Shown here: in pieces, positions 11,710 through 24,747 of the stretch
Layout: the number at the start of each line of letters is the position of its first letter
Position numbering within the stretch: position 1 is the stretch's first letter
From: an uncultured Nitrososphaeraceae archaeon
GTDB taxonomy: Archaea; Thermoproteota; Nitrososphaeria; Nitrososphaerales; Nitrososphaeraceae
DNA length: 64,000 nt
NCBI GenBank assembly: GCA_963825865.1
Contig: CAWGVG010000026.1
Span: forward strand, 160,001-224,000
Direction: 5' to 3'
Translations under genes and position numbers: made by a program
Notes under the pieces: model-generated
Told to the model about the DNA's origin: nothing
Database searches by the model: none
What the model saw: the letters and a program-made list of their open reading frames with translations, nothing else

Positions 11710-13175
11710 AAATTATGTTAAGCAGTCTAGTAATAGTGGTATTTATTGTTGTGCTCCAAATTTTTGTGATGTTTTGATCGATTTCAGATCCATAGTAAAG
11801 TGGATAATATAGGGTTATACCCAAGACACCTAATCCTAGAAGTACATGCGACAATTCTTTTCGGCCACGAAGCACCCCAGAAATCCCAAAAGCTTTGCTT
11901 AACCTTACCAATTGATAAAGCTATTTTTGCTAGGTTTTCATGAGCTTCGGCCAGTGTGGGTTTTATTTCTACAGCCTTCCTGACCTCCTTCATGGCCTCA
12001 TCATAATTGTCTTTTGAATATAATGCTCTGGCTTTGGAATTATGAGCCTCTGCAAATCTTAAGTTATGTTTCTTTGCAAGATCTAATGCACTATCTAAAC
12101 ACCTTATTGCATCATCATATTTTCCTTTTTCGGAATAAACATTTCCCAGATAATACCATGCATTTTTGTCATTAGGATTCTTATGTACAGCACAGCTCAA
12201 GATATCCAGAGCTTTATCATATTTGCCCATGTTGTAACATATAAGTCCTCTAACAACTAACGCATTGGCATAATTGTCATTTCTTCCTAGTGACTCGTCA
12301 TTCAGTGCTTCTGCTTCCTCATTCCTACCCATTCTTGCAAACAATAAAGCTTTCCAGGTCAATATTATAGGATTATCGGGGGATTTTTCCAAGGCGGTGT
12401 CATAGCATTGTATAGCTTCTTCATTCTTTTCATCTCGCTTTAAAGCGGCAAGGGCTTCACCCTTGTTAGCCAATGCATAGGGGTCTGATCATCCATTTCT
12501 ATAGCTTTTATTAAAGATTTAAGACCTTAATCGTACTTTTCCAGTCCGCCAAAAGCGGCACACCTGTTGGCCCAAGCTACCGCATTATTCGCATTCAGTG
12601 CTATAGCCTTGTCATAATATTTAATAGCATCATCGTACTTCTCTAAATAATAAAAAGCGTTGCCCTTGTTAATATATAGAGTATCATTCTTTATATTAAT
12701 GTCAGTCTCTTTTATTACTTTTTCAAAGTGTTTAATGGCCTCGTCATATTTACCTAAGTTCCTATACTCTGTACCCCTGTTCAACCACACAGAAGCCCTG
12801 AATACAACGCGGAAAATTGGTGACAAATCAGCCGGCGTTGCTTCGATTTTCATTTTCTATTATTCCTAAAGATTCATCATAGTATTTGACAGCCTCTTCA
12901 TATTTTCCCAAATTGGAGAGAGCTCTTCCTTTACCATTCAATGCAATAACACAGTCAGACTTTAAATCCAGGGCTTCATCAAACCATTTGACAGCCTCTT
13001 CATATTTTCGTTGGCCCAAAAGAGTCAAAGCTTTATTTGCAAACGGACTAGGGTCAAGATTTGGGCCGGCTACTACATGTACAGGTTCCATAGATTTTTT
13101 GTTTATCTCTATGGTTTTATCAAAGCATATGATAGCCTCATCGTAATTTCTGAGGTTATTCCAAGAATCCTGCAC
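11708..13175 (-). CDS. TPR-repeat protein with a C-terminal membrane anchor, split into 4 ORFs by frameshifts
   Basis: Repeated NKGxALxxLGKYEEAxxxYDxAL motifs in 12828-13175, 12527-12853 and 11784-12473; hydrophobic tail in 11708-11911. Confidence 0.85.
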
Positions 13176-13181
13176 ATGACA

Positions 13182-14996
13182 TCAAGGACGTTTTAAAGAG
13201 AATCGTAGACAGAATCTATTTCCTTCTGTTCCATGTTCAACACTTAAAAAGCTAGGGCCAAAGTTTAATGGAATTTGTGTCCAAGGGGAACACCATTTGC
13301 CTACCATAAACTCATTTTTAACAATCTTTACTTGCATCGTGCCAATTGGTAAAGTCATACATATTCATCTGCTCTGGTGTTAGGACAACTCTTGAGATCC
13401 CCTTCAATAAACCTCCAAAAGTATATTCCATCTGTAGTTTACCGATGTTGTCTTTAGTAAAGTTAAACACCTGGGTTACAGGTGTTAAGGCAGTGTCAGA
13501 AACCAACTTGCCATTCCATTTTCCAATAACTTCATCAACATTTGGTGCTTTGGCATATTGTTGATAGACTGTCTCATGATCCTCTTCTGTCATAATTTTA
13601 AGTCAAAGAATAGAAGGTATGGCTCAGGCGGCTATATTTAGGATAAGGTCGAGCCGTTATATCAATATGACGAGGTATTCTCTTTGGACCAAGCAATGAA
13701 AAATTTTCTAAATTCCAGTTATCCCTGTCATCTACTGTATTATAAAGATCATAATTCCAGTAGGTTGCATTGAGGAGATGTGCTTCTACTTGTTGAAATT
13801 GAAGATCCATATAGGCCCGTATCTGCTTTGCCTGATACGCTTCTTTTGGTTGGATATCTGTATAAAGCTGTTCCCAGTCATGGCTTCCACCAAATTCAGT
13901 TAGAAATGGAACAAGTCCTCTTGAAATGGCAGCCTCATGAAGTTCATAAAATATTTTTGGCCACTCTTTTTGTTTATTGTGCATGTTATCTGGAATGTTA
14001 AACAATGCATAAGAGATTGTCCAAGGATCATAGTAATGAAAAGAAAAAATTCCTTGTGATTTATACTGCTCTATGAATTTAGAATCCGCAGGTAACCATG
14101 TATGAAATTGTAACTCTAAACCGATGTCAGTAGCAGGGTAGACTGTCCAGTCCAAGCGAGGTTCAATGAAAACAAATGCCTTGTTATCAAATTTGTTAAT
14201 TTCCTTCAGTATGTTAGAATAAAATTCTTTTAAAATACTTTCTTCAAAAAATTGCTTGCCCAGACCAACTGGATGAGGTTCATTGAATGGAGAAAAACCT
14301 AATATTGCAGGATGCCCATTTCCATTATTAAGAGCCTTAAAAAATTTTACAGTCTGACCAACTGTTTTTTCTAAATGAGTACGCACTGGATAATTATCAA
14401 GACCCATATCTGTATTTTTTAAACTATTTTTCCAAAATGATTGCAGTGTATTTCTCACCAAGTAATTAAGATAGTACCCTGTTCGCCCAGTCTCTAATAG
14501 TATTGGGAAGACGAGTAGGTCTTACATGAAACTCATCTATTGCCAATGCCCAATCTGGAAAGCCATCTCCTCCATAATCTCGTGTGCAATATCTTGATGA
14601 AAATCTATAATGACAAATAGTCCATATGAATAAAGCACATCTAAGATTTCCTTAACAAGATTAAGGTAATTCTCTCCTTCTGGCAGAAGTTGGTCGAGGT
14701 TAGGATTGGGTGTTGGTTCTATGGCCTTCCATATGACTAGAAGTCTAACAATATTAAAGCCTAATTCTTTTAGAAGCTTGATTTCTGGCTCAACTACTCT
14801 CAATTCCTTCTTCAATTCTTGTGATGTAAGGCTTTTACTTTGAAGAGGTGATATTGGAAGATAAGGAGGTAGTTTGCTCCACGATGCAAAATTGACTCCA
14901 CGAAATAGGACAAATCTACCTTGAGTATCGCGGAACCATATGCCATCCTTGACAAAATTACGTGTGCTCAGATTTTCCAAAGATAGGTGTAGCCAT
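13182..14996 (-). CDS. Glycoside hydrolase family 5 (endoglycoceramidase-like), frameshifted, with an extra C-terminal domain
   Basis: DTQGRFVLFRGVN, GFNIVRL, IIDFHQD, acid/base FNEPH, FSFHYY, nucleophile LTEFG, WNY. Confidence 0.85.
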
Positions 14997-15331
14997 TATC
15001 TTCCTAGATATAAAGTGGTAGGTATATATACCAAGTTCAATTTTTCATGCGTCAAAATTTGATTGGAGATTAGGATAATCATCGTAACAAGTAGGGTAAA
15101 GTCAATTTACTTACCAATTTTGTTACTATGGTATAGCTCTGCTAGCCGCATGTTTTGAAAATGCAATATGGAAAAACTACTGCTGGAGATAACACGCATT
15201 AGCCCTGGAATGGTGGTATGATATCTTTAATATATTGCTAGCTTCAACAACAGTAATAAAGCATAAAGCTAACTCTCACCAAGTATACTTTGCGTGAAAA
15301 TTAATAACCCTTCTATTCCACGAGGGAAATA

Positions 15332-15846
15332 ATGAATAATTTGAGCTCATCGGTGAATAGCCTTGAATGGCGTAGAACGAAAATACAGGAGCTGGCAAGT
15401 CAGGGCTATAACCAATCAGAGATTTCTAGGATATTGCAAATAAGCCAACCTACCATTAACAGAGATATAGCATATCTCAGACAACAAGCCAAAACTAACA
15501 TCAGAAAATACATTGACAAGCCTACCAGAAGAATATGAGAAATGTCTGGTCGGATTGACAGCAATACTTAAGAGAAGCATAGAATACTTCACAGCAGACA
15601 GAAGACAGAAGAGAAAAGATTCAAGCCTTGTCTTTAGCAAAGGAATGCTATGCAATGAAGCTTGATCTATTAACTAACGTTACCGTAGTTGACGATGCAA
15701 TTAGATTTGTATATGAGAAATCATCATATAGCAGAAATGAGGATGTGAAAGAACCGAAGGAACCTGACTATAAAGATAAAGAGAATCTAGTTGAAAAACA
15801 ACAAGACGAGGAATCATCAATCATAACCATCAATCAAGTCTTCTAG
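15332..15846 (+). CDS. HTH protein resembling a terminase small-subunit-like family of Nitrososphaeraceae; frameshifted
   Basis: EWRRTKIQELASQGYNQSEISRILQISQPTINRDI HTH, continuing LPEEYEKCLVGL and ALSLAKECYAMKLDLLTN in other frames. Confidence 0.6.
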
Positions 15847-16712
15847 GAATGAATTAAACGACATTATATATCTGGAGCATATAGTTGGTGATACCTTGGT
15901 TCTGTAACAAGTAACAATATAATCTCATTTTATAGCTGTAAATTATCGACTAATGATATGTAGGCCTATCTAACAGAGCTAGATATGATACATACAAAAA
16001 ATTGAACTAGCTGCTTCTTCATAAGCCTTACTATATTTCAGAGGATAAAAAGATTTTTTGAGAGCTTACCAGGCATAGCCAAATATAGTTGGTCAACTAA
16101 ATAGTGATACTTTCCATAATATTTTATTACTCTACAGTCAACAACGGCTCGAAATTTTACAGTAAAAAAATTGTAGAAAAACTCTGACATTTCGTCCAAA
16201 CAAATAACAGATAACTAGAGCATTTATAATTAAATGAATCAATGCTTCTATACCATTCCCTACAACAATTTGAAATAAGTAGGTATGTATTTTGAGATCC
16301 ATAGTATTTTTTCCTAAGTTTCCATAAAAAATGGCATCGATAGAACTATTTCATAGATTCTTCAGTCTTAGAGTGCTGCACAGTGTAACGCTTTGCAGTA
16401 CCATTTCACTCAAAAGAAAACTAAAATGTTAAGTGTTAAAAAGATAGACAATCTTATTTCCACTAGCATAATGCAGAATGATTGGAGGTGCTAACTATCA
16501 AACTTGCAGAACCACTATCAAAAGGTAACAGTATTTGCATTACGATCAAATACTCTGCAGGTATATATGACGGTAATTATGCTCTTGGTCGTAAACCCAG
16601 AAGTGGATTTCATTTTGTACAACCTCCTTATATTAATCAACTCATATGACATGTAATACACATAACGCTTCTTTTATTCAGAACATGGAAGCTCTTCTTT
16701 TGCTGAACGATA

Positions 16713-17410
16713 TTAAATATATGGATATGAAAATGGATCAGCGACATCATGCGCAAAAGGCATATCATCTTTATGATTATAATGGCTGCAGTACCATTGT
16801 CTCAATACAGAATCTTTGTGGGTCAAATCTGTTGCCCTGCAGATCATAGCCAGCACCACTAAAAACATTCGAACATGCACGAATACCAAAAAGAGGGTGC
16901 TCTTGTTCAAATTGTAGATCCCTTCCTCCACTTAGAGGATATGTCTTGCAGCATCCTTCACACTCTACGCTTCCATCTTTACCAAAAGGATGGTCCGGTT
17001 TTGGAGACAGACTGTTCTGAAAAACGTCCTTCAAATTCACTTCGATCTCCAATTGCAGGGCGAATTTCATTTTTGTGAAAGCCGCACTCTGGACCTCCCA
17101 ATCCGCTGTTGACTATCATTTGTGGAGATGAGTTACCATCCTTTAAATAGACGAATATTGGTTCATAATCATAGGTATGTGATGCCATCATACAGCTTTG
17201 ATAACCCCAGTAAAAGAAATACTGTATACATGTCTCTCGTGTGTCATCTTTTGCAACAAATCTATAATATGCTCCGGCAGGATCACCACTCAGACACTCA
17301 TGCGAGTAAACTATTGGTTTGTATTTAGTTGCTATTTCGTAATCAAAATATACTCTATATCGAGGAAGAACGTAGAGTTTGTTATCATTCATGTTGCTAT
17401 TAATACCCAT
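16713..17410 (-). CDS. Cys/aromatic-rich hypothetical protein, three overlapping ORFs (frameshifted)
   Basis: CIQYFFYW...HTYDYEPIFVYL; adjacent-frame ORFs overlap. Confidence 0.5.
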
Positions 17411-17647
17411 GGTTAGTTCAATACAAATGGTAATTTTATTAAAGTATTGCTACATAGTCCGAACCAACGGGCTTAATGCGCAAGGATATGATATCTTTTA
17501 TTATGATCATCATGTTTAACTCCAATTCTGTAAAGGGCTTGCCAATGCCTCTTGTCATTTATCTTATTCTTTAAATCTGTCTTCGTTATCGACAAGAAGT
17601 TCATGACCTCTAGTTCCTATTCCATGTGAACCTTCAATGATTGCATC

Positions 17648-17830
17648 TCATACTAACAGCTGTATATTCCATTTGTCAATATGATATACTTTAGAATGGA
17701 AAAGTCTTAGAGCACTCTCATTTAGTCCTATAAAATGTAAGATAAAGTGTGTAACTCCAATATCTGTATAGGTCCCAATACCCCTAGATATCTTTTCAGG
17801 ATTTCCTATAGTAATGCCTTGGTGATACAC
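17648..17830 (-). pseudogene. C-terminal remnant of an LLM-class flavin-dependent oxidoreductase
   Basis: IGNPEKISRGIGTYTDIGVTHFILHF resembles the LLM C-terminus. Confidence 0.5.
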
Positions 17831-17934
17831 GTTCCGTATGCAAGGTTTCAACTAAGTTAATCTCTCCAGCCTGCCAGTGTATAGAGCAACACATCCAGTT
17901 CAACATCACTTTCAATTAACATGCATGTATTACC

Positions 17935-18228
17935 ATGGGGACAGTGTTTAGATTTAAGGATTTGCCAGGTAGCTGGAGAAAAAGAGTTCAAGAGTCTATA
18001 AAGGATTTTTCTCCTGACACTAAAGACAGTGTCCTAAACATAATAGATTCTTGGCAAGATACAAAATCAGAAGAAAAACTAAAAGAACTGTTAGGTCATG
18101 ATAAGGCTGAAAGTTTGATAAAGAAGATTACTAGAAGAACAACAACAACAAAAAACAAATCTGCATTAACTTCTGACCAGCAGAATCAGGTAAAGGATAT
18201 GTTCAGAGAATCCCTGACCTTTGACTAA
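17935..18228 (+). CDS. Hypothetical protein
   Basis: Intact 97-aa ORF with protein-like composition. Confidence 0.55.
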   Translation: MGTVFRFKDLPGSWRKRVQESIKDFSPDTKDSVLNIIDSWQDTKSEEKLKELLGHDKAESLIKKITRRTTTTKNKSALTSDQQNQVKDMFRESLTFD

Positions 18229-18231
18229 ACA

Positions 18232-18380
18232 CTATATTTCTGTGGTAATCCAACGATATTGATTAAAGTAGCAATCTCCATTCGTTCTAACATCCTCATG
18301 CTTGTGTTCCTCGATATCCCACATCCAAAATGGTTTGTTTTGCAATCTTTCAGACAGTTTAGATTGTTGTAATGTTGCCT
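18232..18380 (-). pseudogene. N-terminal fragment of a terminase large-subunit-like protein
   Basis: KLSERLQNKPFWMWDIEEHKHEDVRTNGDCYFN resembles the N-terminus of terminase-like proteins recalled from Nitrososphaera genomes. Confidence 0.5.
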
Positions 18381-18388
18381 CTAGGGTT

Positions 18389-18888
18389 TCAGTTGGTTGA
18401 GTTTGAGCCATGCTTCCACCCAAGGAATCCCCAGTTTGACCAACCGTTGTTTGGGGCTGTTTGCCATACATTGAAAATCTCATTAGTAAAGCGTTCTGCA
18501 AAAACCTCTAGCCTCCCATCAGCATTTGAACCTATAGCCGGCTGTCCTCCTATTCTAAAGCTGTTCAAAATTGCCCAGTTTGACCAACCGTTGTTTGGGG
18601 CTGTTTGCCAAATATGATGTTTAGTTCTATCGTTTCGTACAACAAATACCTCCAATCTGCCATCTGCATTATGACCAACAGCTGGTGGAACTGAAAGCAG
18701 CAAGTCCAAGACCCAGGGAATCCAGTTAGACCACCCGGACTGGACTTGTCTGCCAAATTTGATAAAGATTGCCATCTGACCAAATTGCAAATACCTCCAA
18801 CCTTCCGTAAGTTCCTTCCTACAGACGGAGTTGAAGATAAATTTCCGCCCAAAGAAGCCCATTGTGTCCATTGTGTCCATCCAGTCAC
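18389..18888 (-). pseudogene. PLL-like lectin beta-propeller repeat fragment
   Basis: Repeats of NADGRLEVF...WQTAPNNGWSNW; 36-bp DNA repeat at ~18431 and ~18576. Confidence 0.75.
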
Positions 18889-19521
18889 TTCACGTGTACC
18901 TGGGATCGATTACTAAATAAACATTGATGATGAAAATTATTGTATAACGTAATGACCATTGCAGAAGCTTACCTTTATTGTATAGTTCCAGAATTACTGG
19001 CTTTAAATTCGTATGTTCAAATTGTTATGGCGAGTCCTTACATTATTAGTAACTGCCAAACAAAAAAATAGGAAATGCCATAGTAGATGAACATAGAAAG
19101 CCTGAGTCAGCATTTCAATTAACTGGACATAATAACATAGTTGACAAAAATAAATTAAGTCAAAGCGAACGTAATAAAGAAGAGACTGCATGTTCTAGGT
19201 CAACCTTGATAGAATAACATGGGTACTCATAATTGCGCTTTCCATCTTTGCTGTTGTCTGTTTCAAATTCGTCGCAGTAATATCATAACTAAGCCGACTA
19301 GATGAAAAATACAAAACTTCAGAACGAGCTTTATTTTCTTACTCTCATTCTGCCACCATCATTTTTCCATATTATTGGTTGAAGGATCACAACATGTTCA
19401 CCCTGTAAGGTATGTAAAGTATTGTTCATATCGTTTGGAGCTCTATTTTGAGCACGATTTTCACGTGATAGAATAAGCAACTCTTAAGAACTGATGGTAG
19501 CCTTTCTATAATAGAATATCT

Positions 19522-20741
19522 ATGAAAAGGTCTTCTCATTCTTCACAAAAGGTGTCAGCCAGGATTAGTCATATCCTAGGCAATTGGGTCATCGGCGCCC
19601 AGGAAGAACGAGCATCACTCAATCAATCTTTCCAACTAGAAAGCTTGCTCCCACATTTTACAGATTTGCCCCCACCTAAAAGTAACGCTCCATATCATCT
19701 TGATCTAGCAGACGTTATATCACAGGACGAAATAAAGTCGATAAATGAAAATGGCAATATTTCTTTTCATGCTGTTGGTGATACAGGTGGGATCAATAAC
19801 GCAACATATCAACAAATCAACGCAGAGGCTATGGAAACAGATTTTTCTAACCAAACAAACAACAACCCACTTTCTTTTATCATTTAGGAGATGTAGTTTA
19901 CTATGCCGGTGAAGCTAACCATTACTATGGTCAGTTTTATGAACCATATCAATATTACCCAAAACCAATATTTGCAATACCTGGTAATCATGACGGACTC
20001 ACACTTGGGGATCCCTCTAGTTCTTTAGCAGCATTTATTGACAATTTTTGTGCTGATGAACCTCACGTTACTAAGGATGCCGGTAGTATTACACGAGATG
20101 CCATGACGCAACCTTATGTTTACTGGACACTTAATGCACCATTTGTCACCATTGTAGGTCTATATTCAAATACTGATGAATTTGAAGGCGATTTTGATCA
20201 GAATCAAGTAAAGTGGCTTGTTAATGAGCTAAAAACAGCATCGAAAAACAAAGCATTGATAGTAGCTGTACACCATCCTGCTTATTCTGGAGATAGTGCT
20301 CGTGGTGGCAGCCATAAGGTTGCAAAAACCTTGGATGATGCTTTCGACCAGGCTGCTAGAAGAGCAGACCTAGTGTTATCTGGACACGTTCACAATTATC
20401 AACGCTTCACGCGTGTTTTCGATGGAGAACAAGTACCATATATTGTAGCTGGTGCAGGCGGATATCCTGCTCAACATTATTTGTTGAGAGACCCTGATGG
20501 AAACAAGATCGAAGTCCCTTCGAATTTCAGTAGCAGAAATGGAGTGAACCTAACCTTGGAAAATTATTCAGACAATCGTTTTGGCTATTTGCTCTTGCAT
20601 GTAACAGATAAAATCATAAAAGGTGAATATACTGCAACAGCGTATCATAATGAAGCATTTCATGCAGAGTCTGAACAGGTTGATAATTTTGAACTTGATT
20701 GGCGGCACCACAAATTAAAGAGAGGTGGTTCTATACCCTAG
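19522..20741 (+). CDS. Calcineurin-like metallophosphoesterase (purple acid phosphatase-like), frameshift near 19875
   Basis: GDTGG, HLGDVVY, PGNHD, HHP and GHVH motifs in order. Confidence 0.9.
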
Positions 20742-21102
20742 ATATTTTTTCCCAGGAAAATATCCAGAGCTCATTCCGATCTTCAAATATACTTGGTTTG
20801 GGCTGCCTTCCTCTTCACGGTAAGTTGTACTAATACCTTAACATGTTTTATTTCATGATCCTTTGCGTGATGTCACAAACACAATATTCAGATGAGCCAT
20901 CAGTGTTATCAACAGGATATATTAGTTTTTTAGTTTTATAGTTTGGTATAAGCCAATCATAATTAAGCAAAATCCTAAACGTCAATATGAAAGTGCAGAT
21001 CAATATAGCATATGACATCAGAATTAAGGAATAAGTGGATAAGTATAGAATGAAACCATTATACACTATATTAATTGTTGACAGCATTATTACTATCATT
21101 AT

Positions 21103-21121
21103 TTAATGCCCTGCAATACTA
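21103..21121 (+). promoter_or_regulatory. Weaker copy of the shared island promoter motif upstream of nnrD
   Basis: TTAATGCCCTGCAATACTA, 15/19 to consensus GCAWTRCASTGYAWDCCTA. Confidence 0.35.
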
Positions 21122-21145
21122 TGATTATGATGTGAACTGTGTATC

Positions 21146-22110
21146 ATGCCTGAAGAAATAATATCAGTTACCCCAAAGCTCATCCGAGAGATTTTACCTC
21201 CACGTCTAGTATACTCGAAAAAAGGAGACAACGGCATAGTCCTTGTCATTGGCGGAAGTGGAATCTATCACGGTGCACCATTGCTTAGCACCTTAACTGC
21301 TTTGAGATCGGGAGTTGATCTTGTTTATACAGCAGTTCCAAAGTCAAATGTTGCACTTCTGAGATCTTTCTCCCCTAATGTCATAGCCTTGCCTTTTCCT
21401 AATGACAGATTTACCAGGCGATCTGCTAAGCAGTTGCTAAAAATGCTCCCAAAGAAACCAGATGTTGTTGCTATAGGAATGGGTATGGCTATAGAAAAGC
21501 CAGCATCTTTGGTATATATGGTAAAAGAATTAAAAAACAGGAAACAAAGTTACTGCTAGATGCTTCTGCTCTTATACCAGAAATTCTTGATCATATATCT
21601 GGAACTGATACAATTGTCACTCCACACTTTGGAGAGTACAAAAGACTATTTCAAAAGGAGAAGAATTATTGTGATGAGATAATGGATACAACAACAACTA
21701 CAATACAGGAACAAGCATCAAATGCATACAACTTGGCAAAAAAGTATGGAATCACAATAATTCTCAAAGGAAATAATAATATTATTTGTAATGGTAGTCA
21801 TCCAGAGAAGCATGATGAGGAAGAGGAGAAACCTTTAGCAGTGATTAAGAGGACTACGCCTGCAATGACTGTAGGTGATTGTGGCGATGTCCTATCTGGT
21901 GTAGTAGCAGGATTGCTTACAAAGATGCAAGATTCTTTTTCTGCATCAATTTCAGGTGTTTATCTTTGTGGAATAGCAGGAAGTTTAGCATATAAAAGAG
22001 TAGGATTGCACATGGTTGCAACTGATTTGATAGAAGAATTACCTAATGCTATGAAAACATTTGACAAAATCAATTCTAAACCGCAACCTTTTTCTAAAGT
22101 GAGAGAATGA
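21146..22110 (+). CDS. nnrD: ADP-dependent NAD(P)H-hydrate dehydratase, frameshift near 21540
   Basis: KGDNGIVLVIGGSGIYHGAP, LLDASAL, TPHFGEY, ILKG, GDVLSG. Confidence 0.9.
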
Positions 22111-22312
22111 GACAGGTATAATAATAAAATCAGCTAAGAGGATTTTCAGTTTTTCTTAATAATATCCACGCAATTAGTCTTTGGCATTATCCTTTGAGAA
22201 GTATTATGAAACGCCGTACTACAATACAATCTCCAGTCAACATAATAGAATTATACAGCTAGCTGAAGACACTATTTAACATACCATCATCATTAATTAG
22301 TTGTGCCGCCAT

Positions 22313-24332
22313 TTATGAGATAACGATTCTTGCATCAAGTACTTTACATCCCATTCCTTGCTCGAAAACTATTAGTGGATTGATTTCTATCTCTTGTATT
22401 TCGGAAAAATCTGTAACAAGTTGTGACATACGTTGTATGCATTCAACTATGGATTCTATATCTGATGGTTCCTCTCCTCTTGCTCCTAAAAGGATCTTGT
22501 TGACTTTTGTTGATTCTATCATATGGCGTGCACCCAATTCCTTTATTGGTGCAAGTCTAAAAGAAACGTCTCTAAAGATTTCTACATATATTCCTCCTAA
22601 TCCAAACATAAGCAAAGGGCCAAACTGATGGTCACGTTTCATTCCTATGATGACTTCCTTGCCATTTCTTATGAACTCCTGAATGTTAATTCCTACTATA
22701 CTTGCATCAGCTTTTGCTTTTCTAACATTCTGCATTATTCTTTGAAATGCATCTCTTACTTCCTGAGCATTTCTCAAATTAAGTTCAACACCTCCGACAT
22801 CAACCTTGTGCACAATATCTGGCGAAGATATTTTGAGTACAACAGGATAGTCAATCTCTTCAGATAAATTAACGCAATCGTCTTCATTGGTCGCTAACCT
22901 GGATTTAGGAATCTGAAATCCATAAGATTTTACTATTTGCATTGCTTCAGTTTCGTGTACATAATTTCTTCCTTTTTCCTTGACTTTAGCAAATAATGTT
23001 CTAACCTCATCTTTGGAGACGTCAAATTGTTTGATTCCTGTCCTTGGTCTTGCTATCCAAGATCTGTATTCTTGCATAGCAACAATAGCTCTTGCTGAAG
23101 ATTCAGGAAAAGAGTACTGTGGTATTTTATTTTCATCAAGTTTCGCTAAGGCATTTTCAATTCCAGAAATTGCCATCATACAAGACAAAATTGTTTTTTC
23201 TTTGAATTCCTTGTTTATCTTTATCGTGATTTCAGCCAAGGATTCCATATCAAGCATCATCTGCGGAGTAGATATGACAATGCATGAATCCACGTTCGGA
23301 TCTCCAAGTACAGCTCTGAGTGCATTTTCATATCTCGTATGATCTGCATCGCCAATTATGTCAATTGGATTGATTAGTGATGCTGTTTTTGGAAGCATTT
23401 TTCTAAGTTCATTGATAGTCTTTTCGCTTAATTTGCTCAGCTTCAAATTATATTTTGCTGCCGCATCTGCAACTATTATGGCAGGACCTCCTGCGTTTGA
23501 AACTACTACGGTACCAACACCTCTTGGAATTGGCTGGTACGCAAACGCTATTGCATAGTCAAATAACTCTTCTAAAGTTTCAACCCTTAGGACCCCGCTC
23601 TGCGCAAAAATCGCTTTATATGTTTCTTGAGAGCCTGCTAACGCACCTGTATGTGATGCGATAGATTTAGCTCCAATAGTGGATTCTCCTACCTTCAGTG
23701 CAAGTATAGGTTTTCTTTTCTCTATTTCTCCCGTCACATAAGAAGAAATTTCTATAAATTTTCTACCATCGACCAGATCTTCAATGTACATTAAAATGAC
23801 TTCCGTAGAATCATCATTTCCAAGCATAGTAAGGAGATCATTTTCGTTCAGATCTGCCTTGTTTCCTAAACTAATCACTTTTGAGAATCCCATATTCCTC
23901 ATTTTTGCATATTCGAGCATAGCGACACAAATTGCGCCACTCTGAGAAACAAGTGCTATGCTACCAGACTTTGGCATTCCTTTGGTAAAACTTGCATTTA
24001 ACGAAACATACTTTGAATCCAGCAGAAATTATGACTGCGGCCCTTACTCCTTTCTTACCACAGTCTTCCGTTACTTGAGGCACAATACTGCTTGGAGTAA
24101 CTATTACTGCAAGATCGATAGGGTAGCCTATATCAAGTATATTTTTGTAACACTTTAAACCCAATATTGTATCACTTGAAGGATTAACAGGATACAATTT
24201 GCCCTTGAAACCTCCAGACAAGATATTAGCTATAACAGCATTGCCAACGCTGCCTTCTCTATTTGATGCACCTATAATCGCCACACTTGTAGGAGAGAAT
24301 ATATTTTCAACAGTCATAGATAGATAAGACAA
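22313..24332 (-). CDS. ADP-forming acyl-CoA synthetase (acetate-CoA ligase alpha+beta fusion) with an internal deletion at ~24010
   Basis: VAIIGAS, IISAGFK, VSQSGA, SLGNKAD, ASHTGALAG phospho-His, ATP-grasp HKVDVGGV. The expected GPNCLG segment is missing. Confidence 0.9.
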
Positions 24333-24682
24333 TCCTTATAGTATAAATTAGTTAGATAAAACTAGGATGAGTTCCAAAAAGTTATCTTTAAATTTTGCTC
24401 TTTTTCAGTCTATGCTCAAGATTTTAAGGCTCAACTTTATACACATGCGGAAGTTTCTGGTACATCTTTCTTTGAATCGTAGTTGATAAAAAGAGTAAAG
24501 GCACAATTAGAATAATAATAATAATGCCAATAGATACAATACAAGTTTATGTTTTTTTTAGAAATCATTAGTCTGGTTTTTGTCTTAATTGTTATTCCCT
24601 TCTAAAGTCATTCCTTCAATAGTCGTGGTCTGTAATAACCGCTTCGATAAGAAATCATAATCTAGTTACAATTATCACATAC

Positions 24683-24707
24683 GCTTGCAGTGCAATGCAC
24701 AACATTC
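24683..24707. promoter_or_regulatory. Shared island motif GCTTGCAGTGCAATGCACAA-C-ATTC
   Basis: 20 bp identical to 44164-44183; lies just before TATATG and the CBS gene. Confidence 0.75.
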
Positions 24708-24747
24708 GAATATATGTCATTATAGAATCAAATGATCAGAATAAGAG

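Noticed and set aside
11708-13175. TPR gene as an anti-phage defence component
   Set aside because: No nuclease, NTPase, TIR or other effector domain is visible.
16371-16400. Weak matches to the island motif (also ~31233, ~36360, ~47084, ~61997)
   Set aside because: 10/13 or fewer core matches and no consistent TATA spacing; expected by chance in AT-rich DNA.
18431-18610. 36-bp direct repeat pair
   Set aside because: Explained by lectin blade repeats.
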